Of a stretch of DNA of 64,000 bases, positions 13,766 through 26,492 are shown one piece after another (position 1 is the stretch's first letter; every line of letters begins with the position of its first letter). A program made the position numbers and the translations under genes. The DNA is from Octopus sinensis. Its lineage: Eukaryota. Where the stretch lies: NCBI RefSeq assembly GCF_006345805.1, contig NC_043000.1:16864001-16928000 (forward strand), in the 5' to 3' direction. A model generated the notes under the pieces. That model had not been told where the DNA came from. It saw nothing but the letters and a program-made list of their open reading frames with translations, and made no database searches.

Positions 13766-14867
13766 CTGAGATGATATATCTTCAGTATCTAGTTTCAGTT
13801 TATTAAAAATAGACATCTGCTGGTGAAAGGAATCTCAATCTTGGCAAACAGCGACAATGCAACTATTGACATAACTCTACTGACAATGTTTGTTGTGTCA
13901 TTCCTTTCAGTTAAGACTTTAAGGTGTATCTCACATTTCATCAGGTATCCCCCACTTCTCCTCCTCCTCATTATATTATTATTATTATGTTTACTTTCTC
14001 AAGCTGGCATGGATTGGGTAGTTCTGCAGTACACAGCCTCTTACCATGTGCCCTAATTCTGCATCTAGTCTTTTGTGCAGACCAAATTTCTCAGGTATAC
14101 TTGCACTACTTTTTCTCACAGCTTCTTTAAGGAAGCCTTGAGATAAGGTAGTTCATGCATACCATAGATACATTCTGTCAATGCGAGAGGTGTAAAAGTA
14201 CCACTGTGGAGGCACATGGCCTAGTGGTTAGAGCAGCAGACTCGTGGTTGAGGGATTGTGGGTTCGAATCTCAGGCCGGGTGATGTGTGTGTTTATGAGC
14301 GAAACACCTAAGCTTTACGCGGCTCCAGCAGAAGGTAATGGCGAACTTCTGCTGACTCTTTCGCCACAACTTTCTCTCACTCTTTCCTCCTGCATCTTGC
14401 AGCTCACTTGCGACGGACCAGCACCCCGTCCAGGTGGGGAACCTATACGCTAAGAAACCGGGAAACCGGCCCTTATCAGCCAGGCGTGGCTCGAGAAGGA
14501 ACAAACAAAAAAGTACCAGAAGTTAGTGATAGAATATAACTGTGGTATATGTTTGGTCCTACATACATCTATATATTCAATACTCAGATGCAACATCAGT
14601 ATTGTACCAAGGGGTTACAGGGTGTTTCAGAACTTACAACATATGTATAGATTCATCCAGATGACCCAGTCAACATCAGTGTGTGTATGCTGTAAGACCC
14701 AAAATACACAGTAACTCCAGACTGATGAAGTGTCCAAGTATTGCATCTTCAGATACACATGAAGAATATATCACAGATATATTCTATTACCAGCTTATTC
14801 TTATGGCGCTGTTTCACCTCTCAGACATCATCCACAGAAATATTGCATCATATCTCTTGAATAGTTT

Positions 14868-15341
14868 CAAAGACATACAGCATCTCGAAAGAGTCCAGAA
14901 GCTGGCTACCCGCATGGTTCTTGGTCTCAAGAATTTGTCTTATGAAGAAAGGCTGAAGACGCTCGACCTTTATTCTCCAGAAAAACGACGACGCCGTGGT
15001 GATCTCATTCTCGCCCACAACATCATAAGCGGAAAGTGTAACCTCTCGAAAGAGCTGTTCTTCACTCCTGCTCCAGAGCGTCGGCTGCGGAGTCACTCCG
15101 AAAAGCTCTATCTGCGACGATTTCATCTCAATCGAAGGAGAGGGGCATTCTCCGTCCGGGTTGCGGATCCGTGGAATAAGCTGCCAGAAGAGATGGTGAG
15201 GATGCCGACGACCACTCGGTTCAAAGTCTCCCTTGACCTCAAGTGGCCTGAACTCTTTACATGAACACCACCCTGTACATAACTCCATGTCCCCCTACAT
15301 GGCCTTGCTTTTTGAGCCAAAAAAATAACTAACTAACTAAC
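14868..15341 (+). mobile_element. 5'-truncated CR1-clade LINE 3' end (ORF2 C-terminus plus 3' UTR)
   Basis: KDIQHLERVQKLATRMV.GL..LSYEERLKTLDL...RRRRGDLI...FSVRV.D.WNKLP is the typical CR1 ORF2 C-terminus; short (TAAC)n tail. Confidence 0.9.
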
Positions 15342-15540
15342 AGCTTTAAAAAATTTTTTTTTATTTCAGCTTCTTTGTCTGTTAATCCTCACTGCAGAAG
15401 TCTGTGTACCATGAGATGAGGTGAATGTTTCAGGTAGAGCCTTTTGTAGAAGCAAAATGGTTAGAAATGTGTTAGGGAAATAGTGAAGAATAGTGGAAGA
15501 ATGGTAGGGTGGGGAGAAAGAAGACCAGGTAATGTGGCTT

Positions 15541-15749
15541 ACTCTTTTACTTGTTTCAGTCATTTTGACTGCGGCCATGCTGGAGCACCGCCTTTAGTCG
15601 AGCAAATCGATCCCGGGACTTATTCTTTGTAAGCCCAGTACTTATTCTATCGGTCTCTTTTGCCAAACCGCTAAGTGACGGGGACGTAAACACACCAGCA
15701 TCGGTTGTCAAGCAATGCTAGGGGGACAAACACAGACACACAAACATAT

Positions 15750-15784
<35 letters not shown>

Positions 15785-15955
15785 CATATATACGACAGGC
15801 TTCTTTCAGTTTCCGTCTACCAAATCCACTCACAAGGCATTGGTCGGCCCGGGGCTATAGCAGAAGACACTTGCCCAAGATGCCATGCAGTGGGACTGAA
15901 CCCGGAACCATGTGGTTGGTTAGCAAGCTACTTACCACACAGCCACTCCTGCGCC
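15541..15955 (-). mobile_element. SINE family A copy
   Basis: Reverse-complement match to 1247-1655. Confidence 0.9.
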
Positions 15956-17171
15956 TTGTAACATGTCACAACTAAAACAATGTAGTGAAAGAAGAGAGAG
16001 AGGGCGGAAAGAAGAAATGAGGTGAAAGGATAAAAATCTCCCTCTCTCACTCTCATATATCATCATGATTTTATGGTTGTTTTTTCATGCATGACTGGGT
16101 TTGAAATGTCTTCTTCAGTGCAGCATCTCACAATTTGCTGCAGCCCCTTGTCTTCTAATTCTGTATCCATAAATTAGCCTTCAGCACCTCTCTCTCTCTC
16201 TCACACACACAGCAGAAGGCATAATATTAGAGGAAATGGAAGGATAGTGTTAGAGAAAATGGAACAGTGACAGGTATCAACACTGTTTGTTTGTAGGAGG
16301 GTGTGTGTGCCAAGACATGGATGTATAAGGGATAGAAAACTAAACAGACATTTTTGCAGTTGTAAAGGAATCTGTACAACAGCAAAAATGTAAGGGTGTA
16401 AAACAAACACGAAAAGTCCTAAAAAAAAAAGTACAGAGAGAAGAGGGAGTTGTGAGAAGACAGAAATGTATAGAAATAAGAAAAAAGCAAAATGTGTTGA
16501 TGCTAGTAGAAGCTGTGCCAAGAGTAAAAATAATACTTTTAAAAAATTTCTTAGGAGGAAGACCCTGCCTAAAATGGTAGAACTCATTCACCTCACCTTA
16601 CAAGACCCACACTTATTTTTTCTTAGAAATTTTATTAACCAAATTATTTTTGTGGTTATAGACCATCAACTAATTTTCTTTTCACAGATTAATCCCCACC
16701 CTTTAAAAAAAAAAAATTACCATATTCTGTAAGCCTTGTCTAAGATACCCTTCATTTACTTTGAAGACAAGCCTTGCCACACCTCAATTCTTCACACAAC
16801 AAAATAAACTTACTTGATTCTTTTTTTTTACAAATTTTTTTAACTATATATTTTTTAAGACATATAGACAATCACAACTTCTATTTTCCTTCTCTACATT
16901 TTGTTAGATTTTCCAGGAATGAGTGAATTTTTGATGTTAGGTAACAACAAAGATTCTGTGAAGTGTTCTGTGAACCAAAGATATATAAAGCAGATATCTT
17001 TCAACAACGTTATAGATATCATAAAAATTTTTGCAGAAACAATTACCATAGTCACAGATAAGGGCATAATTCTTCTAAATTTGTTTTACCCAAGTCACAA
17101 TACTTCCAAGGTTTACTTGCTTAATTTTTAGATTTAGAGGAAGAACTGGTATATACAATTGGTGTCCTTAC

Positions 17172-17181
17172 CGGTGCCAGT
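17172..17181 (-). CDS. Candidate 10-nt microexon ACTGGCACCG (phase 2-0: R-LAP, or phase 0-1: TGT-G)
   Basis: attatgtttcttctctgtag|ACTGGCACCG|gtaagg; near-consensus acceptor and donor only 10 nt apart. Confidence 0.5.
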
Positions 17182-17721
17182 CTACAGAGAAGAAACATAA
17201 TTTACTTTTGACACTACCTTCCTTCCTCTTCCTTTAACCCTTTAGTGTTCAGATTATTCTATCAAACATAATGCTTATCGATTCCCATTGATTTGAATTA
17301 ATCATGCATTATCTCATATCTTCAAGATCTTGATGGTGTAATTACTTAACGTAGAATAACATTGTAGGGTAGGTGTGAGGGCCTGGATCTGGTCAGTTTG
17401 AACATAAAACAGATTAGCTATTTTGGCCGGATATGGCCGGTTTAAATACTAAAGGGTTAAACCCAATACAAATCTGCTATACAAAAACTTTTAATGAAAT
17501 TACATGTCATTAAGGTAACGAGCCATCAAATTTGAGCCAGTTTTAAAAACCCCACATCTGAATCATATCACACTTTCTGTTAATTATTTCATAAACCTTT
17601 GAAGAGAGAAAGTACTAAGTCGACCACAACAGGATCTGAACTACATACAGTAGGAACAAAGCTGGTTCATAAGCCAATAGAGGAGCTTCTACATAGACAC
17701 ACAACACACAAGAAATAACTC

Positions 17722-18101
17722 TCTCTTTTACTCTTTTACTTGTTTCAGTCATTTTATTGCGGCCATGCTGGAGCACCGCCTTTAGTCGAGCAAATCGACC
17801 CCGGGACTTATTCTTTGTAAGCCCAGTACTTATTCTATCGGTCTCTTTTGCCGAACCGCTAAGTGACGGGGACGTAAACACACCAGCATTGGTTGTCAAG
17901 TAATGCTAGAGGGACAAACACAGACACACAAACACATACATATATACGACAGGCTTCTTTCAGTTTCCGTCTACCAAATCCACTCACAAGGCATTGGTCA
18001 GCCCGGGGCTATAGCAGAAGACACTTGCCCAAGATGCCACACAGTGGGACTGAACCTGGAACCATGTGGTTGGTTAGCAAGCTACTTACCACACAGCCAC
18101 T
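17722..18101 (-). mobile_element. SINE family A copy
   Basis: Reverse-complement match, slightly 5'-truncated. Confidence 0.9.
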
Positions 18102-18829
18102 CATCCAACTTTCTTACTATTTTAAAAAGCAAGGACCTATTAGTCAACATAGTTTTAGATTACATTATGCTTGAAATAAAAGATAAAATGGTCACAACCA
18201 GAATATCTTTGATCACTAAGTCTGTTCAATTTAAATGGTACCAACTAACCAGCAACAATTTCAAGGTTCCTTTATGGTACCAAATAAAAGTCTCCACTAA
18301 AGGATGTACTTTAGGGGTCAGAAATAATTAACAATGAAGTAGAGTGGTTAATGTACTATGGTGATTTTATTGAAACCACAAGGGTTAAACAAAGAGGGGA
18401 CAATACAAGGGACAAATGGGGAATATGGATTACTCATCATTTGGTCAGTCCTTGCGCTATGCCTCAAACTGGTAAGTTAAAAACCAGTTCCACTTCCTAC
18501 TTCACAGTTGAATGGTTTTGGGAGAGGAAAAGATAATGACTGCTAAAATGATAAACAATGTGTAAATTCAACAAAACCTACTGCACCTAGTTATCATGGA
18601 AACCTGAATTTCAAACACCCAAATATTGAACAGGTACAATAGGAAAAAAAAATGCAATTTTGGTGATTGATAGGATAGTTAAAACATAATAGGATTTAAG
18701 AGAATTAATAATTTTATAACAATTTTATATAAAATTTTGTGGAAGAAAAGAATTATGCATGAAATGTGAAAAAAATAAAAAAAAATTTGATAAAATTCTA
18801 AAAAAAATGTCGGTAAAGGTTAATACATG

Positions 18830-19560
18830 ATGTTATACCCATCATTAGAGAAGACACAGTAGCAGCTTTAATTTTTGTGGTTGGTAAATCCTATTCACTA
18901 AAAGTTATTAAGTTAATCCTTTCACAAAGATCAGGTATTCATTCACATAGGTAAGCGCTTATCTTAGTTGTCTGTAGCCTTGGGGCAATAGGTCTTAGGT
19001 TAAGGGCACCAATTTACACCATGTAACTTATCCCAGGAAGGCTACAGATATGGTAAATTTGGACAATTGGATGTTCGGTTTTTTGTCATCCAGAGACAGA
19101 ACAAACTGTTTTCTATGTGACATGAATCCACAACCTTCAGATCAGTAATCTTATTATTCATTTGGCCTCTGTTCATTAGTAAAGTACAGCTAAAATGATG
19201 CAGTAAAAATCTGGGTGTTTGACATCTATCTATATGTAGTCTCCAAATTACCTGTGTCCCGACAAGCCAGATAAATGTTGTTGTTGAAACTTCCATGTAG
19301 GCTTTCTACAGGGAACTGGTTGTTGGGAAGGGTGGTGACATTCTCTGGGAAACACCGAGAAACACTGGCATTCAACTTCTCTTTCAGCCAGTAACTATGA
19401 ATATCTCTCAGAAATTCCTGGCCTGACATTGGTACTGGGGCCATTGTTGGTTTGAGATAAACTCTACCAATATCGAAGGATAGTCAGCTAAGGCAGTTTG
19501 AGATACATGCAGAGCAATGAAACTTTTCTACAGGCCTTATTTCAGTGTCTGAGTATTGCA
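18830..19560 (-). mobile_element. Decayed Crypton-like tyrosine recombinase fragment
   Basis: Ordered broken motifs SGQEFLR (RG.E.LR), CP...WDKLH (CPV....YL.KL), PM*MNT (P.G.NT), GFTNH.IKAATVS (TNHS.RAT..T). Confidence 0.55.
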
Positions 19561-20800
19561 GAGTATTGTTGAACAGCTGTTCTTTTTTCTTCTTTTTTTG
19601 TAGTATGGCCCTGACTATTGGCCAATTCCATCATGAAAATCACTCTACCACCTTTCTTTCACTGGGCAGGCAGTTATACCTGTGTCTGGTGGCTATGGAG
19701 GAAGAGGTTGTATGGTGGATATAACTAAAAAAAAAAATGAATACAAATACTTTTCTCCTGGATCAAGTCCTTAACTTTTTCAAGTTCCACTTAGAAATAG
19801 AAATAAAGATGGGGTGGACAGTGGAGTGTTGCTCTCCAGTAAATTTGTTAAAAGGTGAGGGAGAGTGGTGAGTAGGGCCTGATTGATTACTCTTGGTATG
19901 CCCCCATAGGTCAAAGAATACAACTTGGATAGGACACTTGCCATTGGTAGGCCAGGTAATCCTAAATCTCTGGGAGTCCTTTGCAGGCTCTCCTAGACTG
20001 AAAACATTGACAATTAATGCTCAGCTACTCTCTTATCCCACTTATGTTCCACCTCTCATGCAACTTATCATATCCAGCAACTTCTTTCTCTCCAGGTTCC
20101 ATATCATTCATTTCGAGCCCATTATACAGAATTCATTGAGGCAGATTTTCTGTAGCCTATGCCCTTCCTGTAGCCAGTTCTCCCTCATTTCCAAGCAAGA
20201 TAATATTTACTACATGGCTGGATATGTTTAGAAGAAAGATTTGAAACAAATGACACTGCTTGTATGAAAACGAGTGACACTCGTATACAACTATCATGTG
20301 ATACCATGATAAGGAGGCACAAACATACACACACACAACAGGCTTCTTTCAGTTTCCGTCAACCAAATCCACTCACAAGGTTTTGGTTAGCCTGGGGTTA
20401 TAGTAGAAGACACTTGCCCATGGTGATATGCAGTAAGACCGAACCTGCAGAACTTCCACAATCATTATCCATATCTCATTACCATGTGGCAGCATCACTC
20501 CTTCCATGCACAACATACAGTCTGTTCTTTGTATGGAGAGATAGATACAAAGCTTTTGTTGGCAACATGTAGTTGCAAATGTGAACCACTAATTACATTG
20601 ATAACATGATAGGCAATATGATTAATTAGTCTGGTAAAGTAATTGAAAATGAAGAAAGTTTTCCCTGCCTTCTCTCTAAGACACAAAGCGATGTTAGGTA
20701 AATATTCAAAAAATTTGGTCAGTCACTAGCCCTTGGTTTATGACAAGTGGATGTATGCCTCACACAGAGACATTTAATTCACAAACGCAATAACCCTCAC

Positions 20801-20820
20801 CTCAAAGTATTCTTTATATT
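20801..20820 (-). CDS. Candidate 20-nt microexon (phase 0-2: NIKNTL-R)
   Basis: gttgttgttttttgttag|AATATAAAGAATACTTTGAG|gtgagg; both splice sites are strong. Confidence 0.4.
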
Positions 20821-21118
20821 CTAACAAAAAACAACAACTACTAAATGCTTTTACCAAACAGCCCTGAATGAAGTTAATGAATTGTTAGACGAAGGGAGGA
20901 AGTTTTCAGATACTTGCAAGAAAATGAAATTAAATAGACTGGTCTTCAGGGTTGATAAAGTACCAGACAAGTATAGAAGCCAATGGTATCGACCACTCTC
21001 CCTTTCCCTCAAAATGGTTGCTAAGTGTTTAGTTCAGAAATCATTATTCATATCTGGTTTGTTAAATCTGAAATCTGTTAAATCATGAGTGCATGTGCAC
21101 ATTATATATATACATATA

Positions 21119-21165
<47 letters not shown>

Positions 21166-22969
21166 ATCTGCTTCACACAGATAAATATCTATATATAATT
21201 ATAATGTGTCAAATTAATCCTAAGTAAGGATTATTGTATGTCATTTGGGATACTAGCAATTAGTATGTTGCTTGTAAATTTTATATTGCATATCTCACCA
21301 AATACAAACCAACAAAGAGGACTCTCTCCTATATCACCTGACTTGCTAGAAACAGCAGCCAAATCTCTCTCAAATGATACCCTACTGTTTTAACAAAAGA
21401 AGGATACTTTACAGCATAACCATCAATATACAAAGTCACAGCTGGGAATTTTTTAATCAGGGGTTTGCTCAGTAAGGAATGACATCTTAAACATGGCTGC
21501 CCCATATCACCAACAAAATATGTACAAATCAAAATGGAAGCTTCTCTGTCACTCATTTAACCTAATATTTGTGGCTATATTTCCCTCAGTTAAATGTTTT
21601 TTTTCCTTTTTTTTTTTTAAATAGAGAATTTTTGCACTCATTTGTTACCAATCCATTTGAAACCACTCTTAAATTCTATGATACAAACTCCCAGTTTTAA
21701 CTTGATCATATTAATTTATGTTCAAACACCAGCTAAAATAATGACAATGTTATTTTTAAAAATTCTTTATTATTGACGAAATTAATTGAAACAAAAACTG
21801 TGTGTTTAAATGGAAATATAACAACAAAGCTCAAACTCTTGGCATGTCCTGGCCTGATGGACTAGTCCTGTCTTGAAATGCCAATTAAATCATTCAGGTA
21901 TGACTGTGTGGTAAGAAGTTTGCTTCCCAACCACATGGTTCTGGGTTCAGTCCCACTGCATGGCACTCTGGGCAAGGTCTTCCACTCTAGCGTTGGGCTG
22001 ACCAAAGCCTTGTGAGTGGATTGGGCAGATGAAAAGTGAAAGAAGACTATCATATATGCATGTGTGTTTATGCCCCTGTAACTTAGCAGTTCAACAAAAG
22101 AAATTGATAGAATAAGTACCAGGCTTTACAAAACAAAGTATTGGGGTTGAGTCATTTGACTAAAAGTTTCCAAGGTGCTGCCCCAGCATGGCCACAGTCT
22201 AATGACTGAAACAAGTAAAAGAGGAAAGATGTGTTACCTAATTCTACTTCAAAGTTCTATTTGTTCAAGAACATGACAACTATCGCTACAGCACAGCACT
22301 AACTAGATACATTGCTAAATATAGTACTACCATACACCCTCTACCACTGTCAATACCAACACTACAAACGACCATCATCACTTCATGCCAGCACCAACAC
22401 CACCAGAGACTACATACAATCAACATCACCACTACAAACACTACATGCTACCATCATCATCTCTATATACCATCACCAACACTACATACCACCATCACCA
22501 CTACCACCCACACATTCCACCATCATCACCACCAACACTACCTACCATCACTAATACCACCAATACCCATACTACGAACCACCATCATTACTGCCACCTA
22601 TACTACATTCTACCACTATCACTACCACTAACACTACATACCACCACCACCAACACAACATACCGCCGTCACCACTATCACCAACACCCAGACTACATAC
22701 CACCATCACCATCGCTATATACCAACACCATCACTAGCATCCACACTACATACCATCACCACTACCACTAACACCCACACTACATAGCATTATCACCATC
22801 ACCCACACTACATAACACCCCATAAACACTACATACCATCATCACCATAACTGCATACCATCATTATTACTACCACCATCACCACTACAATCCAACCCTA
22901 TATACCACCATCAGCAAAACCCCCACCAATACACACTGCATACCACTCCACTTCCCCACCACCGCTAAC

Positions 22970-23052
22970 CTCATCTGTCTCTCCCGCAGTAGAGCAAAAA
23001 CTGCTATTTGCTCAAGCATGAATGCACAGCCAGCTGCACCAAGAAAGGTGCA
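22970..23052 (-). CDS. Candidate 83-nt exon or internal start exon (CTFLGAAGCAF-MLEQIAVFALLRERQM, ends phase 2)
   Basis: ttgttcttgtag| ... ATG at 23019 ... ATGAG|gttagc; frame is restored by the 10-nt exon at 17172-17181. Confidence 0.35.
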
Positions 23053-24116
23053 CTACAAGAACAAGCTACACTTGCATCTATCACTGCAGTAATTTTGCCG
23101 ATCAATACATTAGAGGCGGCAGAGGAGGATGGTAGGACTGGGTGTGTGTGTGTGTGCGTGTACAGAAGTGTGACTCACATATCAACACTTGTTTACTGCA
23201 ACAGTCTGTCCTATATATTGATTGATGTTCTGTTGCTGACAGAGGTGCAATGGTGGCGATGGTGTACCGCCGGTAGAATGGTGGCATTTATGCAGTGGTG
23301 GTAATACACAGCCGGTAGTGTGGTGATGTACTGCCGGTAGTGTGGTGGTATTCATGCAGTGGCTCTGATGGCGGTGGTGTAGTCTGTGTCTGTGACAGTG
23401 AGATACAGAAATAGTACGTAGTAGTTGGGTGGTATTTGGCAGAGTGGTAGTTTGATGGTGCGTAGAAGTGGTATTGTGTAATGTGGACATGTAACATAGT
23501 AGTGTTTGTGAGGGATATATGTAACGCATAGTAGTGGTGTGTAACATGTGGTGGAAAAGAGAAACATGTGGAAAAGAGTAACATGTGGTGGAAAAGAGTA
23601 ACATGTGGTGGAAAAGAGTAACATGTGGTGGAAGTGTGTAAGGCATAGTGGCAGTATGTAATATGTGGTAGTAGAGTGTAATGCATGGTGGAAATGTGTA
23701 ATGTGCAGTAGTGGCAATGTGTAACATGTGGTGGCGATGTGTAATGTGCAGTAGTGGCACACATCAATGTATACAGTGGCTGTGCTTAATGCGAAGGTGG
23801 TTGTGGTGTTGCTGGTAGTGGTGGTGGTAATACACCAGTGTAGTAGTCAGAGCTAAATCATGTCAGGTTCATTAGAACACCTCTTTACTGTATCACCATT
23901 GTACAATCAATAAACAGAAAGAGAGAGAGAGATGAAGGGATAAGGTGTGTGTGTGTGTGAGTGTAGATATATATTGAGAGAGAGAGAGAGAGAAAGAAAG
24001 AGAGGTTGGTAGTTGAGAGAGTGTGTGGGAGACTGAGTGCCAGTAGAGCAGCGGAGTATGGCAGTGCAGTATTGAGCGATGATTCAGTCACAGTAACCTG
24101 CTAGGCTAGAAAGAAG

Positions 24117-24155
<39 letters not shown>

Positions 24156-25497
24156 ATTCTATTGACATTAGTAAGAAGATCAAGCATTGATGATGGCGGC
24201 GGCAGTGGTGGTGGTGGTGGTAGCGGCAGTAGCTGCGATGGAGATCTCGGATACCGACGACGCTGGTAAGCAATGTATGGCACTGCTTGCTGTATATGCG
24301 AGTGTGAGGGTGTGCGTATAGGAGTATGATGTGTGTTGCTGCAACTGTTGGTAATAACTGAGAGGCAGGTAGGATGGTGGGGGGGGGGAAGGAAGAGAGA
24401 GAGAGAGAGAGAAAAAAAAGGAAGAAATAAAGGAAGGAAAGAAAGAAAAGAAGAGAGAAAGTACGGATGCAACTGCAACACACTTGTAGTACATTTGCTG
24501 CAAAACACAGAAGCAAAATTTCTACAGAGATGTGAACATAATAGACAAACTATCTCCACCACCACCACCACCATCACCATTACAACCACCACCCCACCAC
24601 TAACCATAGAAACAAGATGTCTTGAAGAAAACACTTGTTTGTCTTAAAACAACAATTACAAAAATAACATCAAGCTCAGAAGTTTTATGTTTTTTTTTAA
24701 TGCTTTTCGTGTTGTTGCCTTTTTTTAAAAATTTAAATGAAAAACCGTAAGTAAAAAGTGGGGAAAAAAAAATATATATATTCATCATCATCACCATAGT
24801 AATTGTTAGACATACGTTCATCCCCATCACCAACTATTTAAAATACCACCACTACCACACCATCCACTACATCTGTCGTCATCTACCCACCCCTGTGCCT
24901 AAGAACACTATCATCAAATACTACAACAGACACTGCCGCCACTGTCACACATCACCACATGTGCTATCACCCCCACACCACCAACAAACTACACCAATCA
25001 CCACTGTAATACCCACTGTGCCACCTACAATCTCCAGCACTACCCACCAATGCACACGATTTGTTCAACAAAAATTCTTATTTCTTTACTACCCACAAGG
25101 GGCTAAACACAGAGAGGACAAACAAGGACAGACAAACGGATTAAGTTGATTACATCGATCCCCCAGTGCGTAACTGGTACTTAATTTATCGACCCCGAAA
25201 GGATGAAAGGCAAAGTCGACCTCGGCGGAATTTGAACTCAGAACGTAACGGCAGACGAAATACCGATAAGCATTTTGCCCGGTGTGCTGACGATTCTGCC
25301 AGCTCGCCGCCCTTTCAACAAAAATCCTGGTCGCAGCCAAATGACCAAAACAGAAAGAAGAAGAAGAATACCATCACTACCATCACCACTGTCATGACCA
25401 TTGAAAAGATATAAAAAGTCAACAAGAGATCTTCTGCAAGATTAGACAACCTGTTAGAAATGGCCCGAGTGCTTGCAAGGCATTTATAATGCCAGAC

Positions 25498-25766
25498 CAG
25501 TGGTTCTCAGCCAGGTCCATATGACCCTTAGCAGTCCATATAAGGTTTTGTTGTTAAAATCTCATGTGCAAGAAACTGACTAAACTTCTACACTACACAA
25601 AATATTTTAACAATCTTCTTTTTATACAATTCCTAATAATATTTTATCATAAAAATATAAGAGGATTTTTTTTTCAAAATATTAAATAGCTAGGGGTGGG
25701 GTGGGGTTAGAGAGAAATAAGAATCAAAGTGGCCCATGGGTTAAAAAGAATTGTTGAGAACCACTG
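25498..25766. mobile_element. hAT-type MITE
   Basis: TIR cagtggttctca / tgagaaccactg; imperfect 8-bp TSD tgccagac / cgccagag. Confidence 0.7.
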
Positions 25767-26076
25767 CGCCAGAGGAAGGTAGTGTTAAACTGGGTGACAG
25801 ATCAAGTCCATGGCAGGACTTGAACTCAGGAGGCAAAGAACGGAACCAAATACTGCAAGACATCTGGTCTGACATTCTTAAAACTTCCACCAAATTCCTG
25901 CTCAGAAGTGGTATTTTTTTTTTTATAGACCCTGCACCCCCGACTCTCTGCAAAGATGAAATGCAAACCTAACCATGATGGAATCTGAACTCTGAGTGTA
26001 GGGAATCAGAACAAATACTGTGAGGTATTCTATCTATCAAATGCAATGACTCTACAGATTTTTTGATCCACTCTCT

Positions 26077-26288
26077 TTTATTCTTTTACTTGTTTCAGTC
26101 ATTTGACTGCGGCCATGCTGGAGCACCGCCTTTAATCGAGCAACTCGACCCCGGGACTTATTCTTTTGTAAGCCCAGTACTTATTCTATCGGTCTCTTTT
26201 GCCGAACCGCTAAGTAACGGGGACATGAACACACCAGCATCGGTTGTCAAGCAATGCTAGGGGGACAAACACAGACACACAAACATGC

Positions 26289-26321
<33 letters not shown>

Positions 26322-26492
26322 CATACATACGACGGGCTTCTTTCAGTTTTCGTCTACCAAATCCACTCACAAGGCTTTGGTCGGCCCGAGACTATAGTAG
26401 AAGACACTTGCCCAAGGTGCCACGCAGTGGGACTGAACCCGGAACCAAGTGGTTGGTAAACAAGCTACTTACCACACAGCCACTCCTGCGCC
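26077..26492 (-). mobile_element. SINE family A copy
   Basis: Reverse-complement match. Confidence 0.9.

Noticed and set aside
14683-14867. N-terminal part of the 193-aa ORF
   Set aside because: Flanking DNA in frame with the truncated CR1 by chance; only the part from about KDIQHLERVQ is element-derived.
16345-16530. FCSCKGICTT..CK cysteine cluster resembling a transposon CXC motif
   Set aside because: Too short and broken to assign to a family.
24190-24270. Plus-strand ATG...GACGCTG|gtaagc suggesting a nested antisense gene
   Set aside because: Mostly trinucleotide repeat, with no recognisable protein or downstream partner exon.
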